64,000 nucleotides of DNA. Origin: Blasia pusilla. Lineage: Eukaryota. Below, in pieces: positions 12,311-24,755 of this stretch (within the stretch, counting starts at the first letter, position 1; each line of letters starts with the position of its first letter). Below the pieces are notes generated by a model, which saw only the letters and a program-made list of their open reading frames with translations, made no database searches and was not told the origin of the DNA. The position numbers and the translations under genes are program-made. Where the stretch lies: the NCBI GenBank assembly GCA_050084515.1, contig CM114271.1:9796001-9860000 (forward strand). The letters run 5' to 3'.

Positions 12311-12949
12311 TCGTGATTCTTTGGTCAAGTATGTCGAGAACCCCAAGAGAGATAAGCAGAGTCCAAGAATGAAGTAAATGTTCAGCTTGTCCGAGTAGAG
12401 GAGTTAGCGTCTCCCAAGACATGTAAAAAAGTTACCATCATGGAAGAGGAGTCCAAAAAAAAGGCACCCCAAGAATCCTCGGAGTGGCCCGAGGATCTTT
12501 TGAATGAAGCCCTCGCCGTCACCACGAGGTCAAAGACCAAGACCGCTGAGACAACCAAGACGAGGGTAGGGTCTTTGTCTTTGCACAAAGTCAAAGACTC
12601 CAAGAAGAAAAGAACTGACACCTTTCGAGCAGTGAAGGCCATTCTCAAAGGAGATGTGGACCCGGCCTTTGACCAAAGTCATCTCAAGTACTTTCATCAG
12701 GATGTCAAGGACCACGTTTGTGCTCAAGTCCGCCAAGACCAAGCCAAAGAACCAGTGTCACAACATAGAGCAAGAAGACCGAGGGCAGAAGAGGAGCCAG
12801 CTCTACAAGCCACACTGACCTGGCCCCTAGTTTTGGAAGCATATGATTTACTCAGGGACTTGGCATCAACGCCAATGAATATCACCTTATCACAGTTGTT
12901 GATGGATAACCCACTTTATGGTAAGATTTTGGAGTAGTGGAAAGTGAGC

Positions 12950-15329
12950 CGGGAAAACAAAAGAAGTCCCCAAAGAGTCTACCGGTAGTGGATTTATTCC
13001 GTATTGAAGTGAAAGATTTGGGAGCCCCATAAGTGGAAGTCGATATTGATGGAAAAACCATTAAGAAAGTCCCCATTGACTCCAAGAGTGGGATCAACAT
13101 TATGACAAAACAGAGAGCCCATGCTTTGGGGTACATAAAGTACGAGCCCACCGAAAAATATTTGCGGTTCGCGGATCAATCCCGAAAGCAACCACTCGGA
13201 AAACTCACTCAAATTCCAACGATGGTGGGGGTGTTTTGTTTTTTCTGGATTACTTACTATTGTAGCCATTGACGGCCACTGGATACCCCTTGCTGATTGG
13301 GTGACCTTGGATCTACAGTGCGCGAGTGAGAAGCGACTGGAAGAGAATACGGTTCACGTTCCAATCCCCGAAGTCGTTCTTGAAAAAATGATCAAGCTTT
13401 CATGGAAATCGCGTCTGACTCAAGTAGAAACGCTCGCAACTGAAGAGGGCTATACATCAGACCACGAGGGAAAAATAGCTATTGAGTCCTTCTCTAATGT
13501 ATATTATTTAAAGTGTTATGAAATCAACAAAGAGTCGACGTCTAGAGAACAAAGGTCGACCCAAGAAGAAGAAAAACTTGTACATTCCAATTTAAGGAAA
13601 ATGTGGTTCAAGAAAAAGACTACTTATAGGTCCCAATTACAAGTTAGAAGTCCTTACGCCTCTCGGCGGATTTGTCTCCTGCAGAACTCACTAATTATAA
13701 AAATTTGTGGCTTGAGTACTTGGATTTCTTTGTGTATGCCATGGATGAAATGAAAGGCGTTCCCGCAAAGTATGGTGAACACCGAATTGATCCAAAACCG
13801 GGCACCGTCGCAGTGTGTATGAGGCAGTACCGCCTTAATCCCAAATACTCATTGTTAGTCAAGGACGAGATTGACTAGCGTCTCGAAGCTAGAGTAATTT
13901 ACCCCGTGTTGAGCAGCGAGTGGGTATCTCTAATTGTGATTGTACCAAAGAAGCAATCCGGGAAGATCAGGGTGTGCCAAGATTATCGCAAGTTGAATGC
14001 GGCTACCTTGAAGGATCATCATCCCCTACCCTTCACCGACAGCATTATGGACAAAGTCGTTGGTTATGAGTGTTATACATTCTTGGATGGGTACTCGAGA
14101 TATAACCAGGTATCCATTAGGGAAAAAGATCGGCCCCTCATGACATTTACCACTGATTGGGGCACCTTCGCATAGCAGGTGATGTCGTTTCGACTGTGCA
14201 ACGCGTCGGCAACCCTCCAACGGATGATGATCTCAATCTTCCAGGAGTATCTCCGGCAATTCATCGAAATTTTCCTCGACAATTTTTGTATTTTCAGTTA
14301 AGAGGTGGAGAATTTGCACAAATTAAAGTTAACCTTGGCTCGATGTCACAAATTGGATTTATCCCTCCGTCTTGAAAAATTGTATATTGCCATGAGACAA
14401 GATATCTTGTTGGGACACCGAGTCTCCTCCCAAGGGATTGAGGTCCACAAGGCCAAAGTGGATATCATTGTAGCATTGGAACCTCCCACAAATCTCAGAG
14501 AATTGAGAGGCTTTCTGGTCCATGTCGGATATTATCGATGATTTATTAAGGATTATGCGGTAAAAGCGGGAGCCCTAACCACTTTGCTGAAGAAGGTCAC
14601 CGAATGGGATTGGACCCCCGCCTGCCAAGCAGCGTTTGAAGAATTAAAATAAGCATAGCTTGTAGCTCCTGTACTTCGGCCCCCTGATAGGACAAAACCC
14701 TTCCATGTGTACGTAAACACATCATCATTTGCCATTAGGGTGGTGCTCAGCGAACTTGATGATCATAAACATGATTATCCGGTTTAGTACGCATGTCGGA
14801 AATTATCTATTGCCGAACATAAATATACCATTACCGAACGGGAAGCACTAGGAATGGTATTCTCTTGTAAGGCGTTCCGTCATTATTCATTAGGGTATGA
14901 GTTTGTCTTTTATGTAGACCATTTTCGCTCCGACCCTTAATGGCCAAGGCAAATCTCTCCAAGAGAATTGCGCGTAAGATCTTGTTACTACATGAATTCA
15001 CATTCAATATAATTACCCGCGCATGGAAGGTACATACCAATGAAGATTTCTTATCAAGGTTGTGGATGACGAACACGGACCTTAGACACACTTTGGACGA
15101 TACCTTCCCCAACGAGGACCTGTTCAAGATTACTGAGGACCGACTGTGCCAGTCCCTGTATGAAGATATTTTGCGTTTTCTAATAACCTTGCGACTTCCT
15201 ACCCCTATGACGGCGGAAGAGTGGACAACTTTTTTACATAAAATAGGACCGTATGAGTTGTGTTGAGGGGTATTATTCAAATTGAGTGCTGATGAAAAGT
15301 ATCAAAGATGCTTGGAAGTAGAGGAAATT
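12950..15329 (+). pseudogene. Gypsy pol: protease, reverse transcriptase, RNase H
   Basis: VPIDSKSGINIM (protease), IVIVPKKQSGKIRVCQDYRKLN and FLDGYSRYNQV (RT), PPTNLRELRGFL, TITEREALGMV (RNase H). Confidence 0.92.
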
Positions 15330-15724
15330 AGAGGTGCGGTAAGAGGAGAGGAAGAGAGGAAGAGAGGAGAGAGGAAACTACCTTCAACCGAAATAGATAT
15401 TTTTTTTAAAGAGAGTTTCCTATGATTTGAAGAGAGGAAACTTTTTGTGCGAATTTTTTTGCACTTTTTTGCTCGGTTATTAAGCACTCCCACAATTTTT
15501 TTTCCCTCTTCCATATTTTGGCAACCCATCTGAGTTCGATTGGTCGCAAATTGCACAAAATTTAGAAAACTGAAAAATCAGTGGAATCATAAGTGTGGAA
15601 CCAATCACTTTTTCCATCCAAGGTGTGGAAACAATCTATCATTTGCCATGGGCTGAATAGAGTTCAAGCTCAAAGTGAAGGTTCGGAAAAATGAAAGTAC
15701 AATCTTAAACCTCATTTTGCATCC

Positions 15725-18700
15725 TCAAAGTGGTTTGTTTAAAAGACTCCCCACTTCTTTGAGGGACAGAATTGGTTGGTGGATTCCTACTCCTACCTCC
15801 GACTCTCTTAAAACTACCAGCAACACATAGTACATGTGCTTACAAGGGAAATACCTTTTGCCACTTGTCTCTCTTTGGACAAAGTCATCACATGAACATG
15901 TGGGAAAGCAACAGATGTGCACCACATACACCCATGTGACACTTGAATTTACAGTGTTGTTCCTGACCCAATACATCCTTCCTATTCCATTGCCACTCAT
16001 GACATCTTTTTGTGGCGATGATCTCTATTTTTGCCTCCCGAGCTGATGCAACTCGCTTTGCTCTCTCTACCGTTGGCCTACACATTCTGTTTCTCTTCAC
16101 CCCATTTCTAGACTCAAACAGAAATAGTGGATTGAGATCATCCACCTTCTCCGGGTACATGTTGACATCAATCTTGGGTTGAATACAAAATGCGAAGGTC
16201 TTTGTAATGCAAACATGCTCCGAACTTCCTCCATCTACGAGTATGAAACCGGCACTTGTAAGATTGTCCACTTCGTCTTCAGTGCAGTTCGTACCTGCAG
16301 CGATGGGCCAAATCGTGGGGGTATTCCCCGGAGCTCCAATGGCAGCCGGATAATACTTCCGAAAAGCGCATGATTCATTTGGGCAGAAGAAGTACTTCAA
16401 TTGATCCCCGGTCCTCCTGAAATAATCAAAGGTTTTGAGTCCCCAAAACCCAAGCAGTGGTTATTCTGTCCTTGTACAGTTCTTATTTAGGAAAGTGCCG
16501 CATGCTCTCCTAATGCCATCAAATCCTGCCTTGTAAGTGGGTCCACGTCCTGAGCTGCTCCGAGATATATGCCATTGTTTTAGGTTGCAACCCACCTCCA
16601 TTACCAGAATCCCATATTGTTGAACCATCCCACTGACCGGATGTTGCAAACTTCCAGCAACGGAGGGCTTTTGAAATAAAACATTCACTGATTTTGGAGA
16701 AGTAACTCCATCACGGATTTGGGAGTGGTCCGGGGTCCCCGAATACCTAGGCGACGTAATTTCCTCATCCAAATCAATCACCGGATTTGTTCCTCGATGC
16801 TGCCTCTTCATCTTCCTGAAGTCAAGATACTTATCTGGTCTCCACGAGTCTCGCTCGAACTGCTCTACCACCATCTGTATGCGACGTCTTGAAACCCACC
16901 CACGAATATCCCCACCAATGTGTACATCTTGCTCAAGGGGAGTTCCTGCTACGCACCGGTTGAAGGCTTCCACATAGATTTTTTCATCACCAGATCTCAC
17001 AACCGCCCTGACATAGAGCTCGTAGATCAAAGCCCCCCTTCCATTTGTTATGCCTTTTGTGAGGAAGATATGGGATGTTGCAGACTGTAGCATTGCTCTT
17101 GCCTTGTCTTGTTGGCATGCCTCCACAAGTGAAATTTGTTGGCATGCTTGTGATGACCTCCACGAGGAATGAACACTTTCTGCTCCACTTGTGTTGGGGC
17201 AGAGGGCATTTTCATGAATGTTCAATCCCTGCAACAACGGCAATGTTAGAAGGGAACGAAAATAGCTCAGAAGTCAAAGAAATAAGCTACCTCTCGGAAC
17301 CAGACGGATTGCAAGGCCGAGGCATCCCATGAACGAATCTGCGACCCATCGGGTCCCGACTTGTTGCAACACCCAGGAAACACCTACTGCAACCCGTCTG
17401 ATTCTGACGGGTTGCAAGAACCTTTGGCCACTCCGGGCTGGAAGATCCAAGTGCAAGTCATCCGAAACCCATCCAGGTAGAACTATTTACACGCCTTGTA
17501 TACATGCAACTTGCATACTTGAATACGGGTTGCACCAAAATTCTTGATGCAACCCGTCGGTTTCCGACTAGTTGCACACTCGGGCAACCCATCGCATCCG
17601 GAAAATTGCTTGGTTTCTTCGATTTGAAATCCCTATAGTGCCCACACTTCTCAACTTTAGCTACAACTTTTCAAACCATTCTCAGCGTGAGCTTGACAAG
17701 ACAAAATAGTGAACTCACCTGCCGCATGAAGTTTCCCCATTGTCTCATACGTATAGTCCATCAACTCAGCCAAGAGCACAACTCTTTGTACTTCCCCTCA
17801 ATCGCATGCTTCCTCCACCACCCATAAAGTTCTTCTTGGCATTCCATGGCCTTTTTCAAGGTTTTGATGTCCTTGCAGCGTTGGAGTAGAGTGACATGCT
17901 CTGTCCTCTTATTCTCCTTGATGCAAGATTTGGTGTACCGGATCACAGACTGTTGCCAATTGAAAGCATCCGACCTTTCCCTCTCCAGTTGAACCTCTCC
18001 ACCCCAGAACACTTCCCTGATAGCAATCCACCCAGGTTGTGCATTGTCCTCCATGAACCCATAAATTTCCGGAGGTGGCCTTTTGTTTTCCTTCACCATC
18101 TCCAATAAGAGTAACCAGCACATCTTCAAACTACCAACGTCTTCCGCTTTTAGTTCAAAGACAAATATAGTTTTGAGTCCCTTCTCCACATGGTCATAAA
18201 CATGAGCACCCATTGTCAACCATCCGTTTTGCACTCTGTAGCAAATATCAAAGCTCACCCAGCTGCCGTTAAGATCTTCCCCTTCCCTCATTCGATCTAT
18301 AAGATCGAGGCCACTCGATGGACCTGTGGTTGACATTTTGAAGACATAGGCCCTGGATCCCTCGCCTCCCTGGCCCATGAATTGCCATCTCTGAATGAAT
18401 GGAAATATGGAGTTGGCCTTGATTCAGGCAATGGCATCCATTTCGGCCGTCTTTCCATCCAGTACCCATATTTGACGCAGCAAATTTCGAAAGCATTCAG
18501 GATCAGCGAGAAATGCGAGATTTTCCCATAATTGTTTCTCCTCAACAGCCATGATCTCCCCCTGTCCAAGGATTCCAAGCAATTGTTCACAAATTTGTAA
18601 TGTTGTTGTGAGCTTGATCATTCCGGGCTTTGAACCCGGAGAGTTTTTGTAGACCTCGGCAACTTTCTTCGCCACATCCTCCTTGATGTGTCTTTGAATT

Positions 18701-19721
18701 GCATCAGTCACACGATGAGTGTGGGAGCCAACATGAATTGACAGCCTTGTGTACTCTGACGTGGAGCCCAAGTCATGGACAATGAAAAATATGTATGCAT
18801 GACACGCTCCAACGTAGAATGGGGATGCCTGACAATGAGGACATCGATGGCCTCCCGACGGTATGGTGGCACCGACCTCGTATGGAGTTTATGCATTCTT
18901 GGGGGAAATTGCGACGTATTGACTCGCTCTAGATATGGGCATATTGGACTTCTACACTCCAAGGCTCCAACGCATTGACGGCGGGAGACAATCCAAGGAC
19001 CATTTGGAATTGAAGCACTAGTCCGTTGAAGCCTGCACCATCGATGACAATCAGACTTTCTGTCCATACCCTTCAAGCGTCCTCCATCTTTCTTTTGAGC
19101 AGGAGCAGCAAGTGGAGGCAACTCAAAAATGCAATTACCATCGTACGTGGGCGGAAGCTCGTCGACAAGAATATGCTTGAACATTTTCAAGGCGAGAGAC
19201 GATAGCAAACTATTGCCTAATACTCGCAAGAGGAACGAGTAGGCGGACAGAGGGCCCGGTTGGTGTCCGATAGATCCACTGAGGTTGAGAACATCCGGAA
19301 TATCTTCAAGAAGTACAACATTGTTACGAGCGTGTGAAGTTGGAGTCGAAGCCGGATCTATTGAGCTTGGAGTTGCAAACATAGAGCTCGGTGCACTAGG
19401 AAATTCTCGACCGTCTACTTGGGAAACAGAAGAATTCAGGGGCAAGCCGTAAACTCTGTATTGACCATTTGCTAGAGGTAGGAGATTCCATACTTTACGG
19501 TCTGCAATCATTGGCTGGACTGTCTCACCTATTATGTCCTCCGTACCGTCCACCCTAACATCCTTGGATACAAAGATGTTTCCAATTTGGAGAAGAAATC
19601 GAATTGAGAGAAAATTTTCATCCACTGCTATGAAAGACTCACAAGCTTGCGGTCGAACGATTTCTGATTGAGGAAGGGCCGCTAGATGACTACCACAAGT
19701 GAGCTTCACATAATTATCCAT
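15725..19721 (-). pseudogene. Mutator-family DDE transposase with N-terminal WRKY/GCM1-like Zn region and C-terminal SWIM finger; one intron (17229-17718)
   Basis: CVGALECRSPIC...HVGSHTH; candidate catalytic triad WVSFDICY / GFMEDNAQ / NTSGAESVH; SWIM CSCDDF...CKH at 15725-16000. Splice sites CAG|GTGAG and TTGCAG|G join in frame. A few frameshifts and stops. Confidence 0.8.
17300..17600. repeat. Palindrome cluster within the transposase intron
   Basis: For example TGCAACCCGTCTGATTCTGACGGGTTGCA at ~17388-17416 and TGCAACCCGTCGGTTTCCGACTAGTTGCA at ~17548. Confidence 0.85.
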
Positions 19722-19865
19722 TCCCAGAAGATTCTACCGGGAGGAGAATGAGAATGAGAATTTTTAACTTATAGTGAATAGGGACTCAGATTCTCCTGAC
19801 AGAATTTGACTGACAAGATGAAGTTTGGTAGTTGAAAATGTATGACATAATGGATTAAATTTTTT

Positions 19866-20800
19866 TGCAACCTGTTGGAGTCAGGTGGGTTGCAAAATTT
19901 GGGAATCAGAGACATTGGTTGCGAAGGATGCACTTCTTTTTGTTGGAACCCGTCGGAGTCCATTGGGTTGGTATCCCCTTCTTGCTGACCAAAGGTTTTT
20001 GATTCGATTTTGCTAGCATCAAACACAAGATATCGCTTGCATATGCTAAGGCAACCAATCGTTGGGGACTTTTGCGGGATTATCCAACTCAGGGTAGATC
20101 TTGTGACCCGTCGGATTGCAATGGGTTGCCTCGGAACTATGCGTTGTCGCATTGTTACCCGAGGGATAGAAAATTGTGCAACCTGTCAATAACCGATGGG
20201 GAACCCTGGTACCTTGCCTATTAACCCAAGATAAGCAAAGCGTGCAACCCGTCGGCTTCGGACGGGTTGCACGCTTCTGCCTCACCTTGTAACGCTAACA
20301 TGAAGGAAGCGTGCAACCCGTCGATCTCCGACGAGTTGCGCGGGTGCCGCGTCTTCTTGCCCGAAGACGGCGGAGGCACGCAACCTATCCGCCTCAGACG
20401 GGTTGCGCAATTGTCTCACCTTGTTACCCTTACATTAAGGAAGCGTGCAACCCGTCGGTTTCGACGAGTTGCGCGGGCCGCACCTTCTTGCCCAAAGACG
20501 GCGGAGACGCGCAACCTGTCGACCTCAGACGGGTTGCGCAAGTGCCTCGCCTTGTAACGCTTACATGAAGGAAGCGTGCAACCTGTCGGCCTCCGACAAG
20601 TTGCGCGGGAAGTCCGCCTTGTTATCCCAAGACGAGGGAAGCGTGCAACCCATCGGAATCCGACGGGTTGCGCGAGTACCTCGTGTTCTTGTCCGAAGAC
20701 GACGGAGGCGCGTAACCTGTCGCTCTCCGACGGGTTGCCACGAGGACGGAAGCCTTGAACCCTCGAGAAGCATGCAACCTGTCGAAGCCGTTGGGTTGGT
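19866..20800. repeat. Intergenic palindrome array; ~130-bp higher-order units, each with two palindromes, between the divergent genes
   Basis: AAGGAAGCGTGCAACC recurs at ~20303, ~20437 and ~20567, each followed by two GCAACC...GGTTGC palindromes. Confidence 0.9.
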
Positions 20801-21729
20801 TTTTTAGGGTCCAGACTTCCATAACGGTCTAGACGCGTCGGTGAGGAGAGCAGAATTGGCAAAAGCTCGGAGGGAAAAAGCAATTGCCATTGAAGAAAGC
20901 CCTGCCCGTCCAACCAAAAGTGTTGAGATGGAGGAAATGTCCCCGATGAAGTCCAGGGACACAATCAATATAGCGGAAACGGCCGAAGTTCAAGTGACGG
21001 ACGATGAGGTCATGAGGACCGCCATCGTGGAGATGGTGGACATCGCTGAAGAAGCAAGAGAGCGGTCATCCTCGTCCCTAAGCCCGGCGGAAGAAATTGA
21101 CCTCTATCGGATCGATGAGTTTCCAGTGGACTTGCTAGCTGCTGTCCCAGAGCAGTTGGCTGGCCTAGACACCGACCCAAGCTTCAAGCGAGTAAGAGAG
21201 GATCTGTGTTCTTTGAATTATGTGAAGGCCCATGTTGCAATTCATTGGCAATTCAGTGTAGCTTATTCACCTTTTCCCCGTTGTGACAGGTGGTAAAGTA
21301 GATGGCACTGATGGAGTACATCCGCGAAATTCAGTCTGACGAGGATATTGCGAAGCTGAAACAATCGGCAACAACAACATCCTACGTTGACAGCTTCCCT
21401 CCATTCTATGTTCAGCCTTACAATGACCATGGAATCCAAGCGCTGGTTACGGAGGAGGACTTGGAAGCGCTCGACACATTCTGGAGGAGGAGAGATCAGG
21501 AATTCAGAAGGGCGATAGAGGGGACAAAATTCAGCTGGATGCGGAACTTGTATTTCTTCATGTGGGATGGAAACCACAGGTTCATGGCGTGGACCAAATT
21601 TGCAGAGGAGCGCCCAAACTCATTGGAGACACATTTTTGCGTGAAGGCAGTGGTGCTACATCCATAGCCTCATCACATGGCAATGGTGGAGATGACCATG
21701 CATGCCATGAACACATAAGTTTCCTCTTA

Positions 21730-22310
21730 TTGCAAACCGTCGGACTCCGACAACTTGTTTGAGTCGCCACTGTTTTTGGAATGTTTTTGGCCGAAAGCAA
21801 CTCCTCGGACTTCGACGAGTTGCTCGACTCATCACTGGTTTAGGATGTTTTTGGCCGAAAGCAACCCGTCGGACTCCGACGAGTTGCTCGACTCACCGCT
21901 AGTTTTGGATGTTTTTTTGAAGAAAGCAACTCGTCGGAGTCCGACGGGTTGCTTGACTCGAAGCTGTTTTTGGATGTTTTTTGATGTTTCTGGCTGAAAG
22001 CAACTCGTCGGAGTCCGACAGGTTGCATTCGAAAGTAGGGGAGCTACATTGTTGGCGTCAAATTGCACCTTTAATTGAAATTTTGCAACGTGTCGGACTC
22101 TGACGGGTTGATATGTTCACTTTTCTCGCGGAAACCATTCTCTAAATACGGATTATCTGACAACCCGTCGGAGTCCAACGGGTTGAAACCAGGCAATCAC
22201 AAATGTGAATGCAATCCGTTGGACTCCGATGGGTTGCAAAATTTAGCTCGTTGCTTCCATTCCGACCATGAGCTGTGACGACCTGTCGGAGTTTGACGGG
22301 TTGCAGGAAC
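21730..22310. repeat. Palindrome array in cargo intron (64-65-bp period)
   Basis: Units at 21732, 21797, 21861, 21926 and onward, e.g. GCAACCCGTCGGACTCCGACGAGTTGC at 21861-21887. Confidence 0.92.
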
Positions 22311-24429
22311 CCATGTACCTTGCAAAATTTCTAATATTGAGTTTGGATGTGCAGGATTGTATCGGAGGGGAATGTCACCCACCACTAGATCCAGGATTAC
22401 GATCGGGTGAAGAAAGCGCTAACGACGCACCCGACAGAGTACAAGGGGTTCTTGGGTGATGCCCTTGTTAATGAGATGCTGGAAAAGAGTGCTCAAATAA
22501 AAAAAAAGACTTGGGCAAATAAGTTTATTTCCCAAGATGCAGCCGTGACAATCCTTTGCTGGTCGAAGATATAGGCCGCCAAGAAGAGCGCTGCATTTGA
22601 GCTGGAGCGGAGGGAGAAAGTGTCTGTGTCTCAGCGTGCAAAGTTCATCCATGCTGCAATATCTGCAGCTACGAAGTACACGGCAAGCAAGATGCAGGCT
22701 ACATCGCTATTCTCAACCCCGAACTTGGCCCGGATTTCTACAAGGAGCTGAAGGCAATCATCAAGCGCCAGCGGAAGAGGGATGAAGATCCGCATGGTCG
22801 GATTGGGGAGAAAGTGTCTCTCGATCGCGTGCATCAATTTTCCTTGTTTGGAATTAGCAAATTTAGGAGAAGCCGACTGATGAAAATCAGTCTCGAAGGC
22901 ATAGAGGCCCAAAAGAGGGCGGCACACCATCCTTTGAGTGTCTCTGATCCAGTCATCTCCCACTGGCTCCGTGAATGGTCATTTTGGTACGCGTTGCGGC
23001 TTCTCGGGAAGTCCATGCTCGTGGTTCTCCAAGCCGAGCTGAAAAGAATAGAGCCAGTTTCGGAGGAAGCAAACCTGGAGAGTGCTAAAGATTTTGAACA
23101 TTGGCTTGATGACATGCGGGACAAGCCCATAAAAAACCGAGGTTTCAGGACAATGTTCAAGGATCGCATCCTCCCTCAGGCAGACCTTGACGAAGAAGTA
23201 GAGGCGAAAAAAAGGGATTTTGCAAAGAAGCAGCGAGATCTTAAGGAGCAGGCAGCCGATGCATTTTGACTAAGAGCTGCCCAACGCATGGTGTTCAGGT
23301 ACCTCGTCCATTGTAAGACTGCAAGTACATGGCAAAAAATAGCGGCAGCCTACAAATTGTGGGCTACTCCGCCTTATGGAGAGACATTTTCCATGTATGA
23401 CATGGAGATGGCTCAAAGCATGTCTGATTGGGAGGTGGAGAATTTCCCGATTTGGCTGGACTTCAACGACCCTGAGGACATAACTGAGAAAGATCCACGC
23501 CTACTCTATGATGCAGTGGCCGCAGGTAGGGACGACATCCCCAATTTTGTGCAGCCTGAAGACTTTTTTGAAGGAGATGCGGAGGAGCCTGCCCTCGAGA
23601 CAGCGGAGTTGGTGTCCAAGGTCGTCACCGCCAAGGACAAATCTACAGTGGGTCTCAAAGCCAAGGCGAGGGGATCGAAGAATTTCGAGGCCGAGTCTTC
23701 CCAAAGAGAGGCTGAAAATTCAAGGCGAGAGCCGGAATCGTCCGGGCGAGCGGGGAGAGAGGGTCGGACCAGGTCCTCCGCAAAGAAAAATCCACCAGAG
23801 TCTGAGGTCATAGAGACCCCAACAAGCCGACCACAGACTCGGGAGAAGCGGAAGCAAGAGGCGCCAGGGTTGTCCTAGGGAGCAAACCAGGATGTGGAAT
23901 ACACTCCATCATCCTTGGGAAGACATAGAGAAACAACGACCCGGACAAGCGTCATCCTTCACTGCACGAATCTTCAGGATGAGCTGAAAATTTTCAGTTC
24001 CCAAGCGTCGACACCCGCCATCGAAAAATTGACAACGTTGGGACGAAAGCTTCAACAAAACGGACACACTCCCTGGACGGTCCATGGGGAGGTTGAAGAG
24101 GTGGCGATGGATCTCTTCGTCGCTTCTTTGCCCTTGGGGTTGCGCTTGTGGGACGAGAATCCGTCCAACGGGGTCCCAGACTGGAATGTCCCTCTTTCTT
24201 ATGACCAAATCGCGCTCTTGTTTTCCTTTGCAGACGCTTATCTCAGTGACAGGGGTTGTTTCTTAGTTTTGACTAAAGGGAGCGAGGACGAGCTCTTCAA
24301 CCTCCAGTGCGTCAAGAGGTCCCTTAAGTGGAGGACGGCGCAATTGTGGGTCATCAAGAACGAGTACCCACTCCGATCCGCGACGAGTCAAATTCGGGTA
24401 AGGGCTCTAAATTTTTATCCAAATTGTCT

Positions 24430-24755
24430 TTCTCCGACGGGTTGCATCTCTGCATGCAACCCGTTGGATTGTTTGAGCTGGGTCTGTTTGCAATCCGTCT
24501 GAAAGCGACGGATTGCAAATTTACCGCAAGTCTCCATTGGGTGAATGCAACCCGTCGGAACCCGACGGGTTGCAAGTGCTAATGCTTTTGCAATTTTATG
24601 GAATGATGCAACCGGTCTGAAAGCGATGGGTTGCTCTTAGCCAACCATGGGCTGCTCTAAGCCAGCAACCTGTCCCCTTCCGACGGGTTGCTCATGGACA
24701 AAAAAATCACAAGACACTTGTAAAACAATCCGTCGGACTCCGACAGGTTGCTCCA
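24430..24755. repeat. Palindrome cluster in last cargo intron
   Basis: For example TGCAACCCGTCGGAACCCGACGGGTTGCA at 24546-24574. Confidence 0.88.

Noticed and set aside
20010-20964. Many overlapping ORFs with ATRRxPTGC / CNPSDSDGL / QPVGxRRVA peptides
   Set aside because: They are translations of the palindrome in different frames, not proteins; the same applies to similar ORFs at 2770, 21755-22385 and 24328-25003.
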